The position numbers and the translations under genes are program-made. From an uncultured Verrucomicrobiae bacterium (GTDB lineage Bacteria; Verrucomicrobiota; Verrucomicrobiia; Chthoniobacterales; JAATET01), in the NCBI GenBank assembly GCA_963719495.1, contig CAVRCI010000002.1, forward strand, positions 512,001-576,000: a stretch of 64,000 nt of DNA, given 5' to 3'. Each line of letters begins with the position of its first letter. Positions within the stretch are counted from its first letter, which is position 1. The notes under the pieces are model-generated. The model had not been told where the DNA came from. It saw nothing but the letters and a program-made list of their open reading frames with translations, and ran no database searches. Positions 38,464-46,336 of the stretch are shown here, in pieces.

Positions 38464-38689
38464 CGCCAGACACCTCCGTTTGATTTGCTTGCGCCGCCTG
38501 CTTGCGCATCCAAGCGAGCAAACGCAAGCGATCGTTTTCTGAATATCGCCGGGAAGATTGTCGGTTTGGCCCTGACTTGATGCCGCTGACCCCGGCGCGC
38601 GCCATGAGACGAACGACACTTGTTCTGTGAAGGCCCAATTGTAAGCCGATATCATTTGCGGTAGAGTAGGTGTTCGATGAAGAGGTCAT
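38453..38689 (-). CDS. Small wHTH DNA-binding protein, excisionase/MerR-like
   Basis: MTSSSNTYSTANDIGLQLGLHRTSVVRLMARAGVSGIK...SSRRYSEND; ATG at a fixed offset from the 24-bp repeat. Confidence 0.7.
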   Translation of the reverse strand: MTSSSNTYSTANDIGLQLGLHRTSVVRLMARAGVSGIKSGPNRQSSRRYSENDRLRLLAWMRKQAAQANQTEVSGDER

Positions 38690-40614
38690 GCAAACGACAG
38701 AGCGTGACGGTAAAAAATGGCTCCCCTGAGATCGAGGAGCCCCCGGATGAGCGTGCTGCAATCATTCGAAAGAAATCCCTCTCCACGATTGCCGACATTG
38801 CCGGCGTCTGGGTAGGAGACGGGTGCTTCGCTGTCACGGTAGCGTTCTCGAGTCCTGTAGAGGCTCGATTCGCCGCAGGGATTTATGGAATCACCGCGGA
38901 CGACAAGTTGGCTCTGCGATCTCTCGCCGAGTTTCCCCGGTTTCCCGATCGAGCTTACTCCTGGACAGATATGTGCGGGGCGGACCGGGTGGGAGCGCAG
39001 TTTTTCCAGACGCTTCGTCTGGGGGCGTCAAAGGTGCGCTTCTCAAAATCGCCGCAAAAAGAGGTTATCGAGTGGCACCAGCGCATGAAGAAGGAGTTCT
39101 TCGGATGGTTTACTATTACCGCCTTTTTTGTGGATTCAGAGTCCGTCGGATGGATCGAAGGAACGGACGTTCTGGACAGGGATCTCGAGGGGTATTCAAA
39201 GATCACCGGAAAAAAGGGAGAGCACCTATTTTATGTAGGACTTGATCCCGAAATTACTTTGATGGCGATCCGTCAGCACATCGCCCCAGTCGGATTTATG
39301 ATGAGTGCCGCCGATATCGAAGTGACACTGTCCGGTATCTCGACTGGCTCAGCACCGGTTAGCCTTGTTACGCCGTCAAGGGACATTCATCGTGGTCCAG
39401 AGAGCTACCGGCAGAGGGCGAAGCGCCTTGCGCACACGTCTTATCGAATACTGGCGCATTCGACCTACGCACGATTCGACTCGATCGGATATGAGGAAAT
39501 TCCTGGCGGGTTGCCATTTGAGTCCCCGATCGAATATGAAGATCTTCCGCCCTTTCTGGTAGGACCCGCCGCGGCAGCGCGTGTTCTCGTTGCCCGGCAT
39601 CTTCTCCTTCCGCGAGATGGCGGTGGCTCGATTGATGAAATTCTCTACGCCGGGCGGCACGCCGTTCGCGATCGGCGGCATTTCGTTGCCGGATCCGAAA
39701 TCTGGCAAAAAGAAGGGATTCTCGAGGACGACGCGACCGACGAGTTGAAGCGGAAAGAGCTGGTAAATTTTTTCAGTCACCAACTGCTGGTTGAGTTACT
39801 TGATGCCTACTTCGATGGGCGACTGGATGCACAATTCGTGGATATTGTGGCGAGCTGGGACGAAGCAGTGGGACGGAAGGTCGATCTCGGGTGCCGTTTT
39901 TTCGGATCTGATCGTGAGGCGATTCAGTCATTGAACGAACGCCTGGAACTCGAGCCACGGGAACTGATGAGCGGGCGTTGGCACGCAGCAAGATTGAATG
40001 GTGAATCCATTTCCCATGCTCCGATGGGTCAATCGCCTCCGGAGCAATTCAACGATCGAAACCTCTATCTGACGCTGGAGGCCGAGGGGAGGTTGCTTCC
40101 GGCGGAGCTTCGTTGGGCGATCAAAAATTGCGACGCCTCACTTCTTCTCCGCGCCATCGGGGAGGATCGACTGGTGGCCTTGCTGGGCGAGCAGTTGCAG
40201 CGTCTTGAAGACGTATTCACCGTGATTCTCGAGACGCACATTCAGGAAAGCTGGAAAACTCAGGCTTGTTTCGTTGGGACAATGATCCGCAGGCGATTCG
40301 ATTTTTCAGGTGAGACGAATTTTTTCAAGGCGCGCGCGCTCGAACGGACGTGTGCTGGACTTCAACCGGCATTTTGCCGGATGCTTGCTTCGCTCGCACC
40401 GCGTTGCATTTTGGAAAACATGGCAATTTTGCTGACCGCCGGCGATCCACCGTATCCAGTCGCGATTTGGGATCGAAAATGGGTGATCGAGTCTTTCAAA
40501 AAGTTCGTCCGGAGCCACGGTCCCCGCATGTATGGGCAGGTTATAAAATCGCAATCCAAGCGCTCGAAATCAGATGGAATGTCTTTCGACGAGAATCGTC
40601 ATTCTTCGTCGTGA
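38677..40614 (+). CDS. Hypothetical protein (up to 645 aa; true start may be 38971 or 39085)
   Basis: Long open frame in island DNA of moderate GC; no recognised motif; convergent overlap with the integrase. Confidence 0.7.
   Translation: MKRSCKRQSVTVKNGSPEIEEPPDERAAIIRKKSLSTIADIAGVWVGDGCFAVTVAFSSPVEARFAAGIYGITADDKLALRSLAEFPRFPDRAYSWTDMCGADRVGAQFFQTLRLGASKVRFSKSPQKEVIEWHQRMKKEFFGWFTITAFFVDSESVGWIEGTDVLDRDLEGYSKITGKKGEHLFYVGLDPEITLMAIRQHIAPVGFMMSAADIEVTLSGISTGSAPVSLVTPSRDIHRGPESYRQRAKRLAHTSYRILAHSTYARFDSIGYEEIPGGLPFESPIEYEDLPPFLVGPAAAARVLVARHLLLPRDGGGSIDEILYAGRHAVRDRRHFVAGSEIWQKEGILEDDATDELKRKELVNFFSHQLLVELLDAYFDGRLDAQFVDIVASWDEAVGRKVDLGCRFFGSDREAIQSLNERLELEPRELMSGRWHAARLNGESISHAPMGQSPPEQFNDRNLYLTLEAEGRLLPAELRWAIKNCDASLLLRAIGEDRLVALLGEQLQRLEDVFTVILETHIQESWKTQACFVGTMIRRRFDFSGETNFFKARALERTCAGLQPAFCRMLASLAPRCILENMAILLTAGDPPYPVAIWDRKWVIESFKKFVRSHGPRMYGQVIKSQSKRSKSDGMSFDENRHSSS
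38693..38716 (+). repeat. 24-bp direct repeat AACGACAGAGCGTGACGGTAAAAA, copy 1
   Basis: Exact match to 41835-41858; both copies preceded by catgNN and followed by (a)tggc. Confidence 0.95.
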
Positions 40615-41831
40615 CGAAGAAATCCTGCGTAATATCGATCAATCATCGCGACGCTTGTTCCCATTTCTCTCGCGAGGCGGATTGACGTCCATTTGTCGAC
40701 GAATGCGCGCCGGGTCGCGAACGTGTGTCGAAAGTCGAGGCAAGTCCAGGGGAGTCCACGCGCTTCATTGGCGGCCCGCAGCGCGGAACTGAAGTTGTCA
40801 GCATCCCACTGGGCTCCACGTGGACTTGGCACGAGCCAGCGTCCCTGGAGAGTGATCAGGTGCTTTTTCAAAAACTCGCGTAGCGTCGGGGAAATCGTCA
40901 CGGATCGATGACTTTTGGAAGTCTTGAGCGAGGATTGGCGGTCGCATTCGGCATCATAGCGGGTCGTGATCGACAGGACCTTGAAATCGGCCGAGATCGA
41001 ATCGCGATCAAGCCAGAGCACTTCCGAACGGCGAAGCCCTGCCTCGATCATGATTTTAACCGCAGCGGTCAAACTCGGATCGGAAGCGACAGCGGAGTAT
41101 TGCTGCTCGATCTCTGGAGATTCGGGAGTCTGCCTCAGGAAGCTGATCTCGCTCTTTTCGCCGAGATAACTCGGTAGAGCAGCGACCGGGTTGGGCGTGT
41201 GAAAGTTCGTCACGGACATCATTCCATTCGCCAAGCAGTGCTCGAAAAAATGATGCAGAACTTCGCGGTAGTGCCGCTTCGTTTTCGTAGATGCCGGAGA
41301 CTCGCCATCGCGCGCTTTGCATCCGGCAACGAGGTCGGCGAGGAGAGTGGAGGGGATATCCTCCAAAGTCTTTCCGCGGAACTTGCCGCGCTCGGACGCA
41401 AGATGGGCGAAGCTGAGCGACGTGGCATCCGCGACGAGCGCGTCTCCAAACAACACGCGGAGTACCTTGATCTTCCCGGCGACCCAGCGGGCGCTGTTCG
41501 ATTCGGAAATATGCCGGTAGTAACTGCCGATGGCGGTCTTGAGAGGCGTGTGCGGCTTTTGGGCGCCAGGCAGTGCATCCTCAGCCACGGCTTTGGCAGA
41601 CGCCAACCCGGACAGATTTGGAGCTTCAGGCAACGTGGCGAGGATTGTCTCCGGAAGTTCGACAGCGGCGACGCGGGGATCGAGGAGCGCGAGGACTCGC
41701 TCGAGCTTATCGGAAATGAGCTGCGCTTCCGCGCGGTCCTCGGTGCCGAGACTTTGGCGAACCGGTTTCTGGGAACCAGGCACGTAATACTGGATCCAGA
41801 ACTTCCGGCGGCGTTGGGTGATCGATGGCAT
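40599..41831 (-). CDS. Tyrosine integrase with N-terminal arm-binding-like domain
   Basis: KFWIQYY...VRQSLGTED; GLRRSE (R), LKTSKSHR (K), LDFRHTFA, MGTS, DRYY (Y); next to the tRNA 3' end. Confidence 0.93.
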   Translation of the reverse strand: MPSITQRRRKFWIQYYVPGSQKPVRQSLGTEDRAEAQLISDKLERVLALLDPRVAAVELPETILATLPEAPNLSGLASAKAVAEDALPGAQKPHTPLKTAIGSYYRHISESNSARWVAGKIKVLRVLFGDALVADATSLSFAHLASERGKFRGKTLEDIPSTLLADLVAGCKARDGESPASTKTKRHYREVLHHFFEHCLANGMMSVTNFHTPNPVAALPSYLGEKSEISFLRQTPESPEIEQQYSAVASDPSLTAAVKIMIEAGLRRSEVLWLDRDSISADFKVLSITTRYDAECDRQSSLKTSKSHRSVTISPTLREFLKKHLITLQGRWLVPSPRGAQWDADNFSSALRAANEARGLPWTCLDFRHTFATRRAFVDKWTSIRLAREMGTSVAMIDRYYAGFLRHDEE

Positions 41832-41834
41832 GTG

Positions 41835-41858
41835 AACGACAGAGCGTGACGGTAAAAA
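41835..41858 (+). repeat. 24-bp direct repeat, copy 2
   Basis: Exact match to 38693-38716. Confidence 0.95.
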
Positions 41859-41880
41859 TGGCGGCCGTTTTCACGACCGA

Positions 41881-41913
41881 CAGACACACGTTTGCGCCGT
41901 TACCAGACACACG
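41881..41913 (+). repeat. Pair of 10-bp direct repeats CAGACACACG (candidate integrase arm sites)
   Basis: Copies at 41881-41890 and 41904-41913, between int and the tRNA. Confidence 0.55.
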
Positions 41914-41964
41914 CCCCTCGAACCCCCTGTTTCGGACCGATTTTCCAATCGACCCAAAAAACCG

Positions 41965-41999
41965 AAAAGCCCTGTAACTCAGAGAGTTACAGGGCTTTT
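41965..41999 (-). terminator. Rho-independent terminator after tRNA-Met
   Basis: aaaagccctgtaactc-aga-gagttacagggctttt hairpin with T-tracts on both strands. Confidence 0.85.
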
Positions 42000-42003
42000 A
42001 AAT

Positions 42004-42080
<77 letters not shown>

Positions 42081-42154
42081 ATTGGATGTGAGATAGTATG
42101 CGATATGGCGTTGGGTGCAAGTGGGAAATCTGGTTCGCGGTAAGTTTTTCTGGA

Positions 42155-42709
42155 CTATTGCCCGAGGGGCCCGGTTGGGGCGGCCGGAGCGAAGGGTGCT
42201 GGAGCGGAGCCTTCCCGGCGGACGTCCGGGAGATCCTGAATGGCTTGGTCTTCAGGGAGGGCTGTTTTTGCCAGGGTGAGGAGGACGTCGCGCGAGGGTT
42301 GGGGCATCGTGGCGAGTTGGGTGACTTCCTTCCCGACCGGGACGGTGGCAACTTCGTCGCACGCGAAGCAGACGAGGAGGTCGATGGCGTTGCCGGCGTC
42401 GCCGAAGCGGAGGGCGATGCCGGGGCGAAATTTGCAGGTCGCTTCACCGTCGGGGTCGAAGGACTCCGGGTCGCTGGTGAGGGCTTGGGCGGTGGCGGCT
42501 TGGTCGGGGGTCAGCGGGGTGGGGGTGCCGATGACCTCGAAGGCGGCGATGAATTCCAAGTCGGCCATTCGGAGGTTTTCCGGAGTTTCGCTGGGGATGA
42601 TGCGGCGGATTTCGGCGGGCTGGCGGTCACCGAGGATGTCGGAAATCGGGGTGGCCCGGGCGGCGATGGGTAGCAATAGGGCGAGGAATAGGGTCGGAAG
42701 GCGGCTCAT
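42155..42709 (-). CDS. Exported hypothetical protein
   Basis: Signal peptide MSRLPTLFLALLLPIAARA; CKFRPG and CFACD motifs. Confidence 0.75.
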   Translation of the reverse strand: MSRLPTLFLALLLPIAARATPISDILGDRQPAEIRRIIPSETPENLRMADLEFIAAFEVIGTPTPLTPDQAATAQALTSDPESFDPDGEATCKFRPGIALRFGDAGNAIDLLVCFACDEVATVPVGKEVTQLATMPQPSRDVLLTLAKTALPEDQAIQDLPDVRREGSAPAPFAPAAPTGPLGQ

Positions 42710-42750
42710 GAACCTTTACCTTCGACTATCGACTCTCATCCATCAACTCC

Positions 42751-43683
42751 TCACCGGCTGAGTTCGAGCATGCGGCGGATGGGGAGTTCGGCACGGGCTC
42801 GGAGGTCTTCGGGGATTTTGATCTGGGGGGTGAGGTTGAGGAGGCAGTCGTGCAATTTTTCCAAGGTGTTCATTTTCATGTAGCGGCAGTCGGCGCAGGC
42901 GCAGGCGTCGGTCGGGCCGGGGATGAAGGTCTTGCCGGGGAGCTCGCGCTCGAGGCGGTGGAGCATGCCGCTTTCGGTGACGATGATAAAGGCCTCGGCG
43001 GGGTTGTCGCGGCAGTAGTCGACCATTTTTTCGGTGCTGCAGACTTCGTCGGCGAGGATGCGGACGGCGTAGGTGCACTCGGGGTGGGCGACGACGGGGG
43101 CGTCGGGGAACTGTTCGCGGATTTTGAGGATGCTGTTGCGGGTGAACTCGACGTGGACGTAACAGTTGCCGCGCCAGAGGTCCATTTTGCGGCCGGTTTG
43201 CTCCATCACCCAACTGCCGAGGTTCTGGTCGGGGACGAAGAGGATGTTGCGGTCGGCGGGGACGGATTGGACGATTTTCATCGCGTTGCCGCTGGTGCAG
43301 ATCACGTCGGAGAGGGCTTTCACGCCGGCGCTGCAGTTGATGTAGGTGACGACGTAGTAATTCTTGGCGGCGTTTTCTTCGAGGAAGGCGGCGAGTTGCT
43401 CCGGGGGGCAGGAGTCGGAGAGGGAGCAGCCGGCGTCCATGTCGGGGATGACGACGGTCTTGGTGGGGTTGATGATCTTGGCGGTTTCGCCCATGAAGTG
43501 GACGCCGCAGAAGGCGATCACGTCGGCGTCGGTCTCGGCGGCGCGGTAACTGAGCCCGAGGGAATCGCCGACGTAATCGGCGAGCTCCTGGATCTCGCGG
43601 ACCTGGTAGTTGTGCGCGAGGATGATGGCGTTGCGCTCGCGCTTGAGTTCGAGGATTTCTTCGGTGAGGTCGGTGGCTATCAC
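42751..43683 (-). CDS. nadA: Quinolinate synthase A
   Basis: ILAHNYQ, GDSL, FCGVHFM, AGCSL, YINCS, CYVH, AHPEC, CRYMKMNT. Confidence 0.97.
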   Translation of the reverse strand: MIATDLTEEILELKRERNAIILAHNYQVREIQELADYVGDSLGLSYRAAETDADVIAFCGVHFMGETAKIINPTKTVVIPDMDAGCSLSDSCPPEQLAAFLEENAAKNYYVVTYINCSAGVKALSDVICTSGNAMKIVQSVPADRNILFVPDQNLGSWVMEQTGRKMDLWRGNCYVHVEFTRNSILKIREQFPDAPVVAHPECTYAVRILADEVCSTEKMVDYCRDNPAEAFIIVTESGMLHRLERELPGKTFIPGPTDACACADCRYMKMNTLEKLHDCLLNLTPQIKIPEDLRARAELPIRRMLELSR

Positions 43684-43695
43684 GCGGTTACGCTA

Positions 43696-43731
43696 GATGA
43701 GAAATGGGGAATGAGAAATGCGGAATGGTGA
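43696..43731. repeat. Degenerate heptamer tandem repeat (GAATGAG/AAATGxG)
   Basis: gatgagaaatgggaatgagaaatgcggaatggtgaa; similar tract at 51560-51595. Confidence 0.55.
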
Positions 43732-43781
43732 ACTTGGGAAACGGGATTGTCGGTCAGTCGAAGCTGGACTAACTTCGCCAG

Positions 43782-44012
43782 ATGAACGCCGACCCAGCCG
43801 AAGCCACGGACCCTGAACGGGTGTCGGCTTCGCCCGAGGCGCTGGCGCTGGCTGGTGACTTGGTCCGAAAATTTTCCGAATGTTTCTGGTTTCGACATCC
43901 CGAGGCGCGGATTCGTTTCGCGGGCGACGTGCGGCTGGTGATCGAGCATCTCCGGGAGTATGGCGACAAGCGGGCGTGGGCGGCCGCGCGGGAGCTTCGA
44001 AGATGCCTTTAA
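43782..44012 (+). CDS. Small protein, putative partner/antitoxin of the downstream nucleotidyltransferase
   Basis: 76 aa; ECFWF...VIEHLREYGD; overlaps the start of the next gene. Confidence 0.7.
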   Translation: MNADPAEATDPERVSASPEALALAGDLVRKFSECFWFRHPEARIRFAGDVRLVIEHLREYGDKRAWAAARELRRCL

Positions 44013-44806
44013 CCTCTTTCCAACGGGAGGTTCTCGGCGTGTTGGTCTCCAATCGCTCGGAGGCCAGTCATTTTGCCGGGGGGATCGTGCTCAACGCACC
44101 GGACGAGTCCGCCCGCTATTCCCACGACTTCGATTTTTTTCACGAGGCCGTCGAGGACTTGGTCGTCGCCAGTGAACGGGACGTGGAGACTTTGGAGGGG
44201 GCCGGGTTCCACGTTCAAAAAATCGAACGCGGTGAGGAATGGTCGAAACCCTCTTCGTTCCGCAAGGCGAGGGTCCGCCGCGATGGCTCGGACGTCGAAC
44301 TGGATTGGGCGCACGACTCGGCGTTTCGGTTTTTCCCCATCGTGCCCGACGAACTCCTGGGCTGGCGGCTGCACCTTTTCGACATGGCGACGAACAAGGC
44401 TCTCGCGCTTTCCGCCCGGATGGAGACTCGGGACTACGTTGACATGGTCGAACTGAGCCGCCGCTTTCCGCTCGAGGCCATCGTGTGGGCGGCCTGCGGG
44501 AAAGACCCGGGGTTCAATCCGCTCTCGCTGCTCAAGATGATGATGCGGTTTGCCCGGATCGATCCCGCGAAACTCGAGGAAATTCAGGCGCGTGAGCTCG
44601 ATCCCGTGGGATTAAAAGAGGAGTGGATCGCCTGCTCCGATCAAGCGCGGGACGAGATGACGCTGCTCGCCGACGAGCAACCCGACACGCCGATTGGCGT
44701 CGCGTTCGTGAACGGCGACGCCGAACCGGGCTGGATCCGCGCAGATCCCGACTTGCGGGTTCACCATCCATCCCTGCGGGGGTGCTGGCCGACGATGCGT
44801 CCGTAA
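44003..44806 (+). CDS. AbiEii/AbiGii-family nucleotidyltransferase
   Basis: FAGG, RYSHDFDFF, NKALALSAR...RDYVD. Confidence 0.85.
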   Translation: MPLTSFQREVLGVLVSNRSEASHFAGGIVLNAPDESARYSHDFDFFHEAVEDLVVASERDVETLEGAGFHVQKIERGEEWSKPSSFRKARVRRDGSDVELDWAHDSAFRFFPIVPDELLGWRLHLFDMATNKALALSARMETRDYVDMVELSRRFPLEAIVWAACGKDPGFNPLSLLKMMMRFARIDPAKLEEIQARELDPVGLKEEWIACSDQARDEMTLLADEQPDTPIGVAFVNGDAEPGWIRADPDLRVHHPSLRGCWPTMRP

Positions 44807-44870
44807 AACGCGTCAGGCGGAGCGGGCGGTTCCGCTTTACAGCCGGTCGATCTCCGTCGCATTCATGGGA

Positions 44871-46226
44871 ATGAAGTTCATCGCCGCTCTGGGAATTGGG
44901 TGCTCGCTGCTCGCGGGCTGCGTGATCGATCCGCTGGGTCCGGTCGGTCGCGGGCCACAGCCACCTCCGGCGCTTTCGAAGCCGGCGCTCGACAAGGAAT
45001 TCGCCTGGGGGATCTCGACGAGTAGTTACCAATACGAGGACCCGGCGGTGAAGCCTGGTGACGCGGATTATTTTCTCACCGATTGGGATCTTTTCGTGGA
45101 GGAGGGGAAGGCTCCGGTGAAAGGGGACGCGTTGTTCAGTTGGACGCAGTTCGACAAGGACCTCGCGGCGCTGAAGGAGATCGGCGTCACGCACTATCGG
45201 TTCAGCGTGTCGTGGGCGCGCTGCGAGCCGCGTCCGGGCGTTTACAACGAGGCGGCGATTGCGCGTTACGCCGAGATGGCGCGGAAGCTGAAGGAGGCCG
45301 GGATCGAGCCGGTCGTTTGCCTTTGGCACTTCACGTTTCCGTCGTGGCTCTACGACGAGAAGAGACCTCGCGAGTCGAATTGGCTGCATCCGCTGGCTCG
45401 CTCGCATTGGAATGCGTTCGTGGATCGGATGGTGCGCGCGACCGCGCCTTTTACGGATTTTTACGCGCCGCAGAACGAGCCGAATGGCCAGATCACCACG
45501 GCCTACCTCGTCGGCGAATGGCCACCGGGAATGGATCTGGCGTTTGGAACCTACTGGAAGGCGATCGACGCCAGCGTCGGGATGTTTCGCGACGCGGCGA
45601 AGCGGATCCGGGAGATCAAGCCGACGGCGAAGGTGATGAGCGTCGAGGCGCTGCCTTGGTGGGTGCATCCGTGGTGGGATCCCGGCCGCGTCATTTACGA
45701 CACGATGCTCCACCAAAATGTCGATCACTTGGATCGCGTCTACGACGTTTGTGACATCCTCGGGGTCAATTATTATTACTCCGAGAAGGCGACTCTTCTC
45801 GGGGTGTTGGCTGTTCCGCATCAGCGGGGGAAAGATTTCACCGAGATGGGTTGGCGGATCGATCCGCGGGGGCTTTTCAACGAAATCCAGCGCGTGGCGG
45901 AGCGTTACGGCAAGCCGATGATGGTCACCGAAAACGGCATTGCCACGGCGGACGATGCGAAGCGGGTCGCTTACATGGAGAATCACCTCGCCGCGATTGG
46001 ACGCGCGATCCGCGACGGCTACGACGTCCGGGGATACTTCGCGTGGTCACTGGCGGACAACTACGAGTGGCACTACGGCTACCGGGCGACGTTCGGTCTC
46101 GCGCGGATGGATCCCAAAACCCACGACCGCGTCCTGAAGCCGAGCGCGGGGAGGTTTGCGGATTGGATCCGCAAGAATCGGACGGTGCGCGACGTCACGC
46201 GGATCGCGCCGACGACGGACGAGTGA
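44871..46226 (+). CDS. GH1 beta-glucosidase, predicted lipoprotein
   Basis: LLAGC lipobox; FAWG.STSSYQYE, YRFSVSW, QNEP, TENG, WSLADNYEW. Confidence 0.92.
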   Translation: MKFIAALGIGCSLLAGCVIDPLGPVGRGPQPPPALSKPALDKEFAWGISTSSYQYEDPAVKPGDADYFLTDWDLFVEEGKAPVKGDALFSWTQFDKDLAALKEIGVTHYRFSVSWARCEPRPGVYNEAAIARYAEMARKLKEAGIEPVVCLWHFTFPSWLYDEKRPRESNWLHPLARSHWNAFVDRMVRATAPFTDFYAPQNEPNGQITTAYLVGEWPPGMDLAFGTYWKAIDASVGMFRDAAKRIREIKPTAKVMSVEALPWWVHPWWDPGRVIYDTMLHQNVDHLDRVYDVCDILGVNYYYSEKATLLGVLAVPHQRGKDFTEMGWRIDPRGLFNEIQRVAERYGKPMMVTENGIATADDAKRVAYMENHLAAIGRAIRDGYDVRGYFAWSLADNYEWHYGYRATFGLARMDPKTHDRVLKPSAGRFADWIRKNRTVRDVTRIAPTTDE

Positions 46227-46336
46227 GGGATGAAGGGGAGAGTCGCGCCGCCGCGACCTCCGCAAAAAGCGGGACATTCACGGGCTTCGCCCTTAGTGTT
46301 TGAGGTCTCTTGTGACTCCTCCCGCTCCGTCTTTCC

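Larger units (their letters stand above)
19610..42003. mobile_element. Genomic island / integrative element at the 3' end of tRNA-Met (left boundary approximate)
   Basis: Abrupt loss of the host's GC-rich codon style; integrase next to the tRNA 3' end; four YR-fold genes; defence-type cargo. No duplicated tRNA 3' end was found at the left side. Confidence 0.85.
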
